The translations under genes and the position numbers were made by a program. Of a DNA stretch of 64,000 nt, positions 1 to 9,765 are shown one piece after another. Position 1 is the first letter of the stretch. The number at the start of each line of letters is the position of its first letter. The stretch lies in NCBI GenBank assembly GCA_041182185.1, contig JBEGOD010000055.1, positions 76,490 through 140,489 on the forward strand, read 5' to 3'. This stretch comes from Pseudomonadota bacterium (GTDB lineage Bacteria > Pseudomonadota > Alphaproteobacteria > Sphingomonadales > Sphingomonadaceae). The notes beneath the pieces were generated by a model. It had not been told where the DNA came from. It saw nothing but the letters and a program-made list of their open reading frames with translations, and did no database searches.

Positions 1-2
1 GG

Positions 3-1454
3 CTCGCGGCGCATGGCGTCGGACGCGGTCACTCGGTAGGCCTCTATTTGTACAATGGACCAGCCTACCTCGAATCCTTCATCGCCGCCTGCAAGCTGGG
101 GGCAGTCCCCTATAATGTGAACTACCGCTACCGCGCGGATGAGCTGCGCTATCTCTTCGCCAATGCCGATAGCGTTGCGATCATCCATGATGCCGAATTC
201 TCGCCGATAATGCGTGAGGTCCGCGGTGACGTGCCGACACTGAAACTTGCCGTGGCGGTGGATGACGGCTCAGGCGCGGATAGTTCCGGTTCGGTCCCCT
301 ATGCCGAACTGCTGGCGCACGAGCCAGGCGGACCGTGGGAACGCAGCGAGCAAGACTATCTGCTGTGTTACACCGGGGGCACCACCGGCATGCCCAAGGG
401 CGTGATGTGGCCGCACCGGGCCTTCGTTTTCGCTTGTGCCGGCGGGGCGGGCTATTTCAATCCCCATGGCCCGCTGCAAGTCCCGCAGGACATCGAAAGC
501 CGCGCGCGCGACGGTTATCCGCTCAAGATGTTTCCCCTCGCCCCACTGATGCACATGGCTGCGATGTGGACAGCCTGGAGCGCCCTGCTCAACGGCGTGA
601 CGATCGTGCTCGACGAAGGCCGGGTCTTCGATCCCGAGCGCGTTTTCGACATTGCCGAGCGTGAAGGCGCGAACATGATCCAGTTCGTCGGCGATGCCAT
701 GGCCACGCCGCTGCGCGATGCCTTGCGCGCCAATCCGGGGCGCTGGAACCTTTCGGCCGTGGTCAACCTCGGTTCGGGCGGGGCGGTCTTTTCGCAGCAC
801 CTCAAGGACGATCTCAAGGCCCTGGTCCCAAGCGCCAGCATCACCGACGGGCTTGGCTCTTCGGAGACAGGCATGTCCGGCATGGCCGAGAAGTCGGATG
901 AGGGGGTGATGCGCCTGCCGGCCAATGCCAACCAGCAGATCATCGTCGATGGCCGGATCGGCGCTGTTGGCGAGACCGGCTTCGTGGCCCGGACCGGCAA
1001 TACCCCGATCGGCTATTACAACGACCCGGTGAAGACGGCGGAAACCTTCTTGACCATCGACGGGAAGGTCTGGGCCGTCTCGGGCGACGCCGGCCGGCTG
1101 GATCCCGACAGCATGATCACGATTTTCGGCCGGGGCTCCACCTGCATCAACACCGGCGGCGAGAAGGTATTTCCCGAAGAAGTCGAAGAGGTCCTGCGCG
1201 CGCACCCCGCGATCTTCGACGCAGTCGTTGCTGGCCAGCCTGACGAGCGCTGGGGCGAACGCGTCATTGCGGTAGTCTCGCGCCGCGAGGGTTCGACTGA
1301 ACCTGACTTCGACGAAGTAAAGAACTTCCTTGGTCCCCGGCTAGCCGGTTACAAGGTGCCCAAGGCCCTGGTCTGGGTCGATGAGGTCAAGCGTTCGCCC
1401 GCTGGCAAGCAGGACTACCGCTGGGCCAAGGAAATGGCGGCAGCAGCACAATGA
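3..1454 (+). CDS. Acyl-CoA synthetase, FadD19/steroid-CoA ligase-like (5' truncated by window edge)
   Basis: Frame is open from base 3. AMP-binding motif YTGGTTGMPKGVMW, GSSETG, SGDAG, GRGSTCINTGGEKVFPEEVE, C-terminal AGK. Confidence 0.85.
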   Translation, partial: LAAHGVGRGHSVGLYLYNGPAYLESFIAACKLGAVPYNVNYRYRADELRYLFANADSVAIIHDAEFSPIMREVRGDVPTLKLAVAVDDGSGADSSGSVPYAELLAHEPGGPWERSEQDYLLCYTGGTTGMPKGVMWPHRAFVFACAGGAGYFNPHGPLQVPQDIESRARDGYPLKMFPLAPLMHMAAMWTAWSALLNGVTIVLDEGRVFDPERVFDIAEREGANMIQFVGDAMATPLRDALRANPGRWNLSAVVNLGSGGAVFSQHLKDDLKALVPSASITDGLGSSETGMSGMAEKSDEGVMRLPANANQQIIVDGRIGAVGETGFVARTGNTPIGYYNDPVKTAETFLTIDGKVWAVSGDAGRLDPDSMITIFGRGSTCINTGGEKVFPEEVEEVLRAHPAIFDAVVAGQPDERWGERVIAVVSRREGSTEPDFDEVKNFLGPRLAGYKVPKALVWVDEVKRSPAGKQDYRWAKEMAAAAQ

Positions 1455-3118
1455 GCCAGGTCGATCCCGTCTTCGCCGCCGTCACCGCGCCAGGCACACC
1501 GTTCGAACTGATCGAACGCGATGGCTTGCTGCAGTTCGCCAATGCCGCCCCGGATCTGGCGCTGATGATCGACCATGCCCGGCGGCATGGCGACAAGACT
1601 TTCCTGGTCGATTTCTCATCCGACGGAGCCGAGCGGCGGCTGACTTTCGAGCAAGTCTTCGCGTGGCGCGATCAGTTGACACCGATGCTGCACATCCGGC
1701 GCGGCGATCGTGTGGCGATCTGCATGCGCAACCGCGCTGAATGGATCGTGGCCTTCATGGCGGTGATCAAGGCCGGCGGGATCGCTGCCCTGCTAAACAG
1801 CCGCGGATCGCCCGCCGAGCTGGTAGCAATGATCGAGGACGTCACGCCAGCGCTGGTCCTGGCCGATAGCCGCCGCGCTGCGCTGATTCGCGAAGGCGGC
1901 TATGCCGGCCGGATGCTGGACCTGACCAAGCCCTTTGACGGGCAGGAGATCGCGCGGCGCGCGGCCGAAGCCCTGCCCGATCCCGGCCTGGCGAAACCGC
2001 TGGACCCGGCCGCGATCCTGTTCACCTCTGGCACGACCGGACGGGTCAAGGGCGCCGTTCTGACGCACCGGAGCCTGATAACCGGGCTGATGCTGATGCA
2101 GCTTTCGGGCGTGATGGTGCTCCACAACATGGCCCGGGCGCGCGGCATTCCAGCTGAGACGCTGATGGCCAGTCTACCGCAGCAGTCGGTCCTGCTGGTC
2201 TATCCGCTGTTCCACATCTCGGGCTTGGGCGCGGCGTTCCTGTCTCCGCTGTTCGCCGGATCAAAAGTCGTGATCATGCGCCGCTGGGACGCGCAGGAAG
2301 CCGTGCGGCTGATCGGGACCGAAAAGATCACCATGTTCTCGGCCGTTCCGACCATGCTGTGGGACATGCTCCACCGGGCAAAGCTGGGCAACGCCGACCT
2401 CTCCTCGCTGCGCAATATTGCCTCGGGCGGGCAGGCCCTGCCGGTCAACCTGCTGGACGAGATCCGTGCGGTCTGCCCGCAGGCGGTCATGGGCACCGGT
2501 TATGGGATGACCGAAGCCTCGGGCTCGCTGGCCCAGGCCGTGGGTGAGGACTTCATCCGCAACCGCGCCTCGGCCGGGCGCGTCCTGCCGCTAGCCCAAG
2601 TTCGGATTGTCGCACCGGACGGCACGATCATGCCAATCGGCCAGAGCGGCGAGATCCAGCTCAGGGGTGCGATGGTCATGGCGGGTTACTGGAACCGCCC
2701 AGAAGAGACCGCCACCGCCTTTAGCGATGATGGCTGGCTGCACACCGGCGATGTCGGTTACGTTGACGACGAGGGCTATATCTTCATCGTCGATCGGGTG
2801 AAGGACATGGTCATTTCCGGCGGCGAGAATATCTATTGCGCCGAAGTCGAGCGGGTCATGGGCGAGATGCCCGGCGTTGGCGAATGCGCCGCTTTCGGCA
2901 TTCCCGACGAGCGTCTGGGCGAACTGCTGGTGGCCGTTGTGCGGGGCGAAAGCCTTGGCGAGCAGGCGGTCAAGGACTGGGTGGGCGAACGACTGGCCCG
3001 CTACAAGACGCCCGGCCGGGTCGTGATCATTTCAGAACCCCTGCCCCGCAACGACGTGGGCAAGGTCAACAAGGCGGCGCTGCGCGCTGCCTGGCCAGCA
3101 TTATCCGGAGAACAATGA
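1451..3118 (+). CDS. Class I adenylate-forming enzyme (long-chain acyl-CoA ligase)
   Basis: FTSGTTGRVKG, GYGMTE, WLHTGDVG, SGGENIY, GKVNK; ATGA overlap with the upstream gene. Confidence 0.9.
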   Translation: MSQVDPVFAAVTAPGTPFELIERDGLLQFANAAPDLALMIDHARRHGDKTFLVDFSSDGAERRLTFEQVFAWRDQLTPMLHIRRGDRVAICMRNRAEWIVAFMAVIKAGGIAALLNSRGSPAELVAMIEDVTPALVLADSRRAALIREGGYAGRMLDLTKPFDGQEIARRAAEALPDPGLAKPLDPAAILFTSGTTGRVKGAVLTHRSLITGLMLMQLSGVMVLHNMARARGIPAETLMASLPQQSVLLVYPLFHISGLGAAFLSPLFAGSKVVIMRRWDAQEAVRLIGTEKITMFSAVPTMLWDMLHRAKLGNADLSSLRNIASGGQALPVNLLDEIRAVCPQAVMGTGYGMTEASGSLAQAVGEDFIRNRASAGRVLPLAQVRIVAPDGTIMPIGQSGEIQLRGAMVMAGYWNRPEETATAFSDDGWLHTGDVGYVDDEGYIFIVDRVKDMVISGGENIYCAEVERVMGEMPGVGECAAFGIPDERLGELLVAVVRGESLGEQAVKDWVGERLARYKTPGRVVIISEPLPRNDVGKVNKAALRAAWPALSGEQ

Positions 3119-3119
3119 C

Positions 3120-3986
3120 ATGGGCATGCCCAAGGACATCGGCATCATCGACTGCATGCTCGGCATTCCCGAGGCGGAAGACCGGTCGGACTGGTTCACG
3201 GCCTTCCGCCCGCTGATCAAGGACGCGCAGACGCTGCAGCAGTTCTCGATGCCGGCCCAGTACATGTTCAAGGACGTACCCCAGACTGGCCATGCCGACG
3301 ACTACGTCAAGTGGACGGTCGACCAGATGGACCAGCACGGCATTGCCAAGGCGCTGGTCGGCTGGAACGAGAACGAAACCTCGCGCCGCGCCAAGGAGCT
3401 CTTTGGCGACCGCTTCTTCTTCGACCTGCCCTGCGATCCCAACAAGGGGATGGAAGAAGTGCGGCGGATCAAGCGGATCCATGCCGAGGTCGGCCTCTCC
3501 GCGATCAGCGTGTTTCCGGCCGGCACGCTTCCGCAGGTGGCGATCAACCACAAGTACATGTTCCCGCTTTATGCCTGTGCGGTCGAGCTGGACATTCCGA
3601 TCTGCCTCAACGTCGGCATTCCGGGCCCGCGGATCCCGATGGAAACCCAGAAGGTCGAACATCTCGACGAAGTCTGCTGGTTCTTCCCGGACCTGAAGAT
3701 CGTGATGCGCCACGGGGCCGAGCCCTGGGAGGACCTGGCCGTGAAGCTCATGTTGAAGTGGCCGAACCTCTATTATTCGACCAGCGCCTTCGCCCCCAAG
3801 CACTATCCCAAGGCGATCATCGACTACGCCAATACCCGCGGCTCCGAGAAGATCATCTACGCCGGCTATTTCCCGATGGGGCTCAGCCTGGAGCGGATCA
3901 TGTCGGACATGGTGAACGTGCCCCTCAAGGACGAGGTTTGGCCCAAGTTCCTGCGCGAGAACGCCGAGCGCGTCTTCAAGCTCTGA
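3120..3986 (+). CDS. Amidohydrolase_2 (LigW/LigJ-like TIM-barrel) family protein with non-canonical metal site
   Basis: IID start strand, FPDLKIVMRHG, KWPNLYYSTSA, KFLRENAERVFKL; RBS GGAG upstream. Confidence 0.8.
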   Translation: MGMPKDIGIIDCMLGIPEAEDRSDWFTAFRPLIKDAQTLQQFSMPAQYMFKDVPQTGHADDYVKWTVDQMDQHGIAKALVGWNENETSRRAKELFGDRFFFDLPCDPNKGMEEVRRIKRIHAEVGLSAISVFPAGTLPQVAINHKYMFPLYACAVELDIPICLNVGIPGPRIPMETQKVEHLDEVCWFFPDLKIVMRHGAEPWEDLAVKLMLKWPNLYYSTSAFAPKHYPKAIIDYANTRGSEKIIYAGYFPMGLSLERIMSDMVNVPLKDEVWPKFLRENAERVFKL

Positions 3987-4028
3987 CCTTCAACCAGACA
4001 AGAACACCGGTTCCCCGGGGAGAATGAC

Positions 4029-5135
4029 ATGACCGAAGTCGCGACCGACGCCCGCACAGCCCCCGTGGCCGTTTGGCAGGTGCTGGAGAAGATGACCAAG
4101 GAAGAGCGTGAGGCCTGGCGCGTCGCGCCGATCGCCAACCGCCCCAGCGCGGAGCAGCGCAACCTCGACATCGGTTTCCCGTTCGGCTGGTACCCCTTCA
4201 TGCTGGCGCAGGACCTGGCCGTGGGCGAGGTCAAGCCGGCGCGCTATTTCGCGCGCGACCTGGCGGTCTGGCGCGGCGAGGACGGCCAGGTCCGGATGAT
4301 CGATGCTTATTGCAAGCACCTCGGCGCCCATCTGGGCCACGGCGGCAAGGTGGCTGGCAACCTGCTGGAATGCCCGTTCCACGCCTGGCGCTATGATGGC
4401 GAGGAAGGGGTGGTCAAAGAGATCCCCTATGCCAAGGCGATCCCGCCGCAGGTGAAGCGCAAGTGCACCCGCACCTGGCACATCCGTGAAGCGAACCAGT
4501 GGCTATGGGTCTGGTATCACCCGGAAGACGCGGCCCCGCAGTACGAAGTGGTGCACCTGCCCGAGGCGAGCGACCCGGCCTGGACGCCCTACGACGTGGT
4601 CGAGTGGCGGATCTTCGGCTCGCTCCAGAACATGGCCGAAAACGGGGTCGATTTCGCTCACTTCAAGTACATCCACGGCACAGCTGAGCTGCCGACATCA
4701 GAGCTTTCTTGGGGCGAATGGGACCGCCAGGGTATTGTCCGCGCCAAGATGGGCACGCCCAAGGGCATGGTCGATGGCGCGATCACCAGCAATTCGATGG
4801 GCCCCGGCCAGGCCTGGGTGCGCTTCACCGGCATTTGCGAAACCCTGCTGGTGGCCTGCATCATCCCGGTCGAACTCGATGAACTTCAGGTGATCTACTG
4901 CTACACCCAGACCAGGGAACAGGCCGAAGGACCGATGGCTGGGCTGGCCCGCGCGATCATCAAGGACGTCAACAAGCAGCTCGACCAGGACAAGGTCGTC
5001 TGGGACCGGATGCGCTACGAACCAAACCCGATCATTTGCGATGGTGACGGCCCGATCCCGCATTTCCGCAAGTTCTACGCGCGCTTCTACGCTGCGAACG
5101 ACGGGGTTCCGTCTTCGCAGCGGCAGGCCCGCTGA
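4029..5135 (+). CDS. Rieske non-heme iron monooxygenase, KshA-like (type A, copy 1)
   Basis: CKH-x17-CPFH Rieske motif, ENGVDFAHFKYIH Fe motif, QDKVVW, CDGDGPI..FRKFY KshA-like C-terminus. Confidence 0.88.
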   Translation: MTEVATDARTAPVAVWQVLEKMTKEEREAWRVAPIANRPSAEQRNLDIGFPFGWYPFMLAQDLAVGEVKPARYFARDLAVWRGEDGQVRMIDAYCKHLGAHLGHGGKVAGNLLECPFHAWRYDGEEGVVKEIPYAKAIPPQVKRKCTRTWHIREANQWLWVWYHPEDAAPQYEVVHLPEASDPAWTPYDVVEWRIFGSLQNMAENGVDFAHFKYIHGTAELPTSELSWGEWDRQGIVRAKMGTPKGMVDGAITSNSMGPGQAWVRFTGICETLLVACIIPVELDELQVIYCYTQTREQAEGPMAGLARAIIKDVNKQLDQDKVVWDRMRYEPNPIICDGDGPIPHFRKFYARFYAANDGVPSSQRQAR

Positions 5136-5136
5136 G

Positions 5137-6651
5137 ATGGCGACACGGCGCGAAGTAGTGGCTGGCGGCGCTGCGGCAATCGCCGTCGCTACCGCAGCAG
5201 GAGCAAAGACAATGACCGCCAGCGGGATCGAAGGCCTCCTCTCCAGCCACGACGCGCTCGGGCTGGCCCAGCTGGTACGCAAGCGGCAGGTCTCGCCGAG
5301 CGAATTGCTCGATGCGGCGATTGCCCGGACCGAAGCGCTCAACCCGCGCTTCAATTTCATCGCCCAGCGCCACTACGATTATGCCCGCAAGGCTATTGCC
5401 GCCGGCCTGCCCAAGGGACCCTTTACTGGGGTTCCGTGGCTGCTGAAGGACCTCAATACCAATATCGCCGGAGAACTGACCGAAGGCGGGAGCCGCTTTT
5501 ACAAGGGATTCCGGGCTCCGGTAACATCAGAGCTGGTCAAGCGGGCAGAACGAGCCGGCTTCGTGGTCTTTGGCAAGACCGCCACCCCGGAACTCGGCCT
5601 GACCGGCACAACCGAGAACAAGCTAACGGGCGATACCCGCAACCCCTGGGATCCAGCCCGCATTGCCGGCGGCTCGTCGGGAGGCGCCGCAGCAGCTGTT
5701 GCTGCTGGCGTTATCCCCGCTGCCCATGCCACCGACGGCGGTGGCTCGATCCGTATTCCTGCATCCTGCTGCGGCCTGTTCGGACTCAAGCCCAGCCGTG
5801 GCCGAGTGCCGATGGGACCGCTGCGCACCGAAGGCTGGGGCGGCCTTTCCACACACCATGCTGTCAGCTGGTCAGTGCGCGACAGCGCAGCAATCCTGGA
5901 TGCGACCCACGGCATCGAACCTGGCTCGCGGTACGGCGCGCCCGCCCCGGTTGATGGTTTTCTGGCACAGGTGGGCAAGAACCCGGGCAAGCTGCGGATC
6001 GCCCTGATGCTCGATTCGCCTACCGGGAGTCCGGTCGATCCGGAGTGCCGCGCGGCGACCGAAGCTGCGGCGCGGCTTTGTGAAAACCTAGGCCATCATG
6101 TCGAAATAGCCCAGCCCAAGTGGAATGTCGGCGCAGTCGGACTGGCCGCGTTCCAGATCATGGCACCGGCAATCGCCGCCGATCTGATCGATCGGGGCAA
6201 GGCAATCGGCATCGCACCGGGACCGGAAGTGCTGGAGCCGATTACCCTGGCGTTCATGGGTTTCGGCCAGACGGTCTCCGGCATGGATTACGCCCGCGCC
6301 AACAACACGTTGCAGACGCTGGCCATAACCGTGGGGCAGTTCATGGACCGGTATGACGTGATCCTTGCCCCGACACTGGCCGCGCCGCCGCTGCCGCTCG
6401 GCCGGATCAACCTGACGCCCGATTGCGATTTCCAGCAATGGGGCCAGCGGGTCGCGGTCTTCTCGCCGTTCGCGCAGATGGCCAACCTGACCGGGCAACC
6501 CAGCATGTCGGTCCCGCTCGGCCAGTCCCAGGCGGGCCTGCCGATCGGGGTGATGTTCACCGGCCGGTTCGGGGAAGAGGCGCTGCTCTATCGCCTGGCC
6601 GGACAGCTTGAGCGGGCAGCTCCGTGGGCCGCGCGGCGGCCCAAGATTTAG
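5137..6651 (+). CDS. Amidase signature family enzyme with putative Tat signal peptide
   Basis: LLKD, GGSSGG and DGGGSIRIPAS (Ser-cisSer-Lys triad); N-terminus MATRREVVAGGAAAIAVATAAGA; start re-called to ATG 5137. Confidence 0.88.
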   Translation: MATRREVVAGGAAAIAVATAAGAKTMTASGIEGLLSSHDALGLAQLVRKRQVSPSELLDAAIARTEALNPRFNFIAQRHYDYARKAIAAGLPKGPFTGVPWLLKDLNTNIAGELTEGGSRFYKGFRAPVTSELVKRAERAGFVVFGKTATPELGLTGTTENKLTGDTRNPWDPARIAGGSSGGAAAAVAAGVIPAAHATDGGGSIRIPASCCGLFGLKPSRGRVPMGPLRTEGWGGLSTHHAVSWSVRDSAAILDATHGIEPGSRYGAPAPVDGFLAQVGKNPGKLRIALMLDSPTGSPVDPECRAATEAAARLCENLGHHVEIAQPKWNVGAVGLAAFQIMAPAIAADLIDRGKAIGIAPGPEVLEPITLAFMGFGQTVSGMDYARANNTLQTLAITVGQFMDRYDVILAPTLAAPPLPLGRINLTPDCDFQQWGQRVAVFSPFAQMANLTGQPSMSVPLGQSQAGLPIGVMFTGRFGEEALLYRLAGQLERAAPWAARRPKI

Positions 6652-6696
6652 GGATCGGTTCGGATCCCGAAGAATGATTGAATAGCGGAGGACAGC

Positions 6697-7455
6697 ATGC
6701 GCGGTTTGAAGGACAAAGTCGGCGTGGTCGCCGGGGGCGGTCGCGGGATCGGGGCGGCCACTGCGCGGCGGCTGGCCGAAGAGGGTGCGGCTGTCGTGAT
6801 CGGCGACATCACCGAGGATTGGGCCAAGGAAACTGCCGAGGCGATCTGCGCCGCTGGCGGCCGGGCGATCGGCGTCTATCTGGACGGGACCAAGGCCGCT
6901 TCGCAAGCAGCGATCGTCAAGGCCGCGCTCGATGAATTCGGCGGGCTGGATTTCTATCATTCCAACCTCGCCGGTGGGACCGAAGGCGATATCGACGCGC
7001 TCAATTGCACCGAGGAAGTGCTCGACCGCTCTTTCGCGATCAATACCAAGAGCCACATGTTCGCGACCCAGGCCGCACTGCCGGTGATGCTGGAGCGAGG
7101 CGGCGGAGCAATGATCTACACTTCATCTGGCGCCGCGATTGTTGGCAATCCATTCCAGGTAGCCTATCCAATGACCAAGAACGCGATCCACGCGCTGGTC
7201 CGGCACGTCGCCGCCAAGTACGGCAAGAAGGGCATCCGCTCCAACGGGATCTGCCCCGGCGTGGTCCTGACCGAAGCGGTCAAACAGCACCTTAGCGATG
7301 ATTACGTCGCAGCGACGCTCAAGACCGTGCCGCACACCAGGCTGGGCCATCCTGATGACATTGCCGCCGCTGTCGCCTTCCTCGCTTCGGACGACGGGGC
7401 CTGGGTCAACGGGCAGGTCTGGCATGTCAACGGCGGTCTGATCAAACGTGACTGA
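6697..7455 (+). CDS. Short-chain dehydrogenase/reductase
   Basis: AGGGRGIG, acidic residue after beta2 (GD), YPMTK, ICPG; RBS GGAGG. Confidence 0.9.
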   Translation: MRGLKDKVGVVAGGGRGIGAATARRLAEEGAAVVIGDITEDWAKETAEAICAAGGRAIGVYLDGTKAASQAAIVKAALDEFGGLDFYHSNLAGGTEGDIDALNCTEEVLDRSFAINTKSHMFATQAALPVMLERGGGAMIYTSSGAAIVGNPFQVAYPMTKNAIHALVRHVAAKYGKKGIRSNGICPGVVLTEAVKQHLSDDYVAATLKTVPHTRLGHPDDIAAAVAFLASDDGAWVNGQVWHVNGGLIKRD

Positions 7456-8719
7456 GGCACCTGGCCAGCGCCTGTCGAACCCCTGGGTGGTGCTCGCCAC
7501 CCTGCTGGTGATCTATATCTTCAACTTTGCCGACCGGTACTTGCTGACTGGCCTGATCGGCCCGATCAAAGCCGAATTCGACATTGGCGACAACATCATT
7601 GGCCTGCTGATGGGGCCGGCCTTCGTGGTTCTCTATGTGGTGATGGGCGTGCCCTTTGCGCGCCTGGCCGACCGTGGCTCGCGGATCCGGGTCATCGCCG
7701 CGGGCTGTGTCCTATGGAGCCTGGCGACTGCCGCAACAGGCCTTGCGACTGGACCGATCTCTTTGGGCTTGGCCCGGATTGGCGTCGGGGTTGGCGAGGC
7801 CGCTTTCGTCGCGCCGGCCTATTCCCTGCTGACCGATTATTTCAAGCCGGAACGGCGCGGATTGGCCTTCGCGATCCTGGGCCTTGCTACCTACATTGGT
7901 CAGATCGCCGGTCAGGCCGGCGGGCCGGCGCTCGCTGCCGAACACGGCTGGCGTTTCACCTTCCTGCTCATCGGATTGCCTGGTGCAATCCTCGGCGTGC
8001 TGGCGCTGCTGCTGGTGAAGGAGCCACCCCGCACTCTTGCCGCGGATGGCACGGCGATCGTGGCCATTCCGATCGGCCGGCTGGTCGGACTGCTGCTGCG
8101 CAGTCCCGGCTATGTCTTCATGGCGCTGGGATTCGGCTTTGGCACCTTGTCGGGCGTGACCTTCGGCTATTGGGGCCCTGAACTCTTTGCGCGCAGTTTT
8201 GCGCTTGATCCGGTCACGATCAAGACCGCCTTCGCCCTGAACTTCGGACTGGCCGGGCTCTGCGGAATGCTGGCCTTCGGAGCCTTGTCGGACAAGTTGT
8301 CGCAGCGCGGTCGGGTGTGGCCGGTAAGGCTTGCCGGGCTGGCTCTGCTATGCGCGACGGCGCTGGTACTCGCAGCGGTCTGGGCGCCCAGCTTCGAGAC
8401 GGCGATGCTGGTGGCGATTCCCTGCGGTCTGCTGGGCGGTGGCTGGTCGGTGGGGCTGTATGCGGGGCTGCAGCACATGCTGCCAGCACCTTACCGCGCC
8501 AGTGCTACCGCCCTGTTTATCGCCTTTATTACGCTCCTTGGATACTTCGTCGGGCCATGGGCGACTGGGGCAATAAGCCAGGCCCTGGGTGACGATGCAC
8601 GCTCCTTGCAGCTGGCAATCAGTGTGGTCGTCCCGGCCGGATTTCTGGCTGGCCTGTTTGCCTTGTACGCAGCTGGCAGAGTTGAGACTGACCGATTGCG
8701 GCTGGCCGAGGCGGGTTGA
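7448..8719 (+). CDS. MFS transporter (spinster-like)
   Basis: FNFADR, RLADRGSR motif A, GVGEA, about 12 hydrophobic segments. Confidence 0.88.
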   Translation: MTEAPGQRLSNPWVVLATLLVIYIFNFADRYLLTGLIGPIKAEFDIGDNIIGLLMGPAFVVLYVVMGVPFARLADRGSRIRVIAAGCVLWSLATAATGLATGPISLGLARIGVGVGEAAFVAPAYSLLTDYFKPERRGLAFAILGLATYIGQIAGQAGGPALAAEHGWRFTFLLIGLPGAILGVLALLLVKEPPRTLAADGTAIVAIPIGRLVGLLLRSPGYVFMALGFGFGTLSGVTFGYWGPELFARSFALDPVTIKTAFALNFGLAGLCGMLAFGALSDKLSQRGRVWPVRLAGLALLCATALVLAAVWAPSFETAMLVAIPCGLLGGGWSVGLYAGLQHMLPAPYRASATALFIAFITLLGYFVGPWATGAISQALGDDARSLQLAISVVVPAGFLAGLFALYAAGRVETDRLRLAEAG

Positions 8720-8724
8720 CGGTC

Positions 8725-9225
8725 ATGACGCCAACACAGTCCTTCACTGCGCCCCAGGCGCTGCATGACCTGGCCTTTCGCTATGGCCTGGCCGTCGATA
8801 ACCGCGACGCGGCAATGCTCGGATCAATCTTTACGAGCGGCGGATGCCTTCGCGGCTACGGCCAGCCGGGTGCGCGCTATGCCGGTCCGGCGGGCTGGAA
8901 GGCAATGATTGCAGAGGTCAGTGCCAGCTTCGACAAGACCATGCACAACGTCTACAATCAGACTTTCGAAATCGCGCCGGATGGCACCATTTCGGGACTG
9001 ACAACGGGCATTGCCAGCCACATCTTGCCGGCAGGCGAGGAGGTGGATGAACTGCCACTGCTGGACTTTGCCATGCGCTATCACAACCGCTATGCAATCG
9101 AAGAAGGCGCCTGGAAATTTACCGAGCGTGCGCTGGAAGTCCTCTGGATCGAAAGACGTTCAGTCAGGCGTTTCAGCGCGAAGATGCTGGGTCAGGAATT
9201 GCGGGGCTTTACAGCCGTGGATTGA
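8725..9225 (+). CDS. NTF2/SnoaL-like protein (BaiE/LinA dehydratase-like fold)
   Basis: LHDLAFRYGLAVDNRD, TMHNVYN, RYHNRY...WKFTER; ATG 8725 preferred as start. Confidence 0.75.
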   Translation: MTPTQSFTAPQALHDLAFRYGLAVDNRDAAMLGSIFTSGGCLRGYGQPGARYAGPAGWKAMIAEVSASFDKTMHNVYNQTFEIAPDGTISGLTTGIASHILPAGEEVDELPLLDFAMRYHNRYAIEEGAWKFTERALEVLWIERRSVRRFSAKMLGQELRGFTAVD

Positions 9226-9285
9226 TCGGGCGGAGCGGCGTCCGGACTGTTGACCTGGCTTGGAAATGGGGGTTGTTCCAGCATA

Positions 9286-9765
9286 ATGAGTGATGATTTC
9301 TCCATCGACGATATCGACCGCGCGATTGTCGAGCAGCTGCGGCTGAACGGCCGGGCAACCAACCAGCAGATCGCCAATGTCCTTGGTCTGACGGCGGCGA
9401 CGGTGTCCGCGCGCATCCGCCGCATGGAAGATGCCGACAAGCTGCGCGTTGTGGCCGTGTCGGACTTCTCGGCCCATGGCTACAACGTGCTGATGGAAGT
9501 GGCGATCGAGGTCGATGGCCGCCCCGCTTCGGAAGTTGCGGCCGAACTGGCGGAGTTTCCAGAGGTCTTCGCCGCCCACCTGGTCACTGGTCGCTATGAT
9601 ATCGACATGCTGGTGGTGCTGCGCGAATTCGACGACCTGCCCGCTTTGCTGCTGGAGAAATTTTCCAAGGTCCGCGGAATCCGCTCGATGGTCCCGGCCA
9701 TCGCCGTCGACGTCATCAAGTACAAGTTTGACGTTGCGCCGATCGAGGCACGGGGGGATCTATGA
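9286..9765 (+). CDS. Lrp/AsnC family transcriptional regulator 1
   Basis: IDDIDRAIVEQLRLNGR HTH, TVSARIRRME, VTGRYD RAM domain. Confidence 0.88.
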   Translation: MSDDFSIDDIDRAIVEQLRLNGRATNQQIANVLGLTAATVSARIRRMEDADKLRVVAVSDFSAHGYNVLMEVAIEVDGRPASEVAAELAEFPEVFAAHLVTGRYDIDMLVVLREFDDLPALLLEKFSKVRGIRSMVPAIAVDVIKYKFDVAPIEARGDL

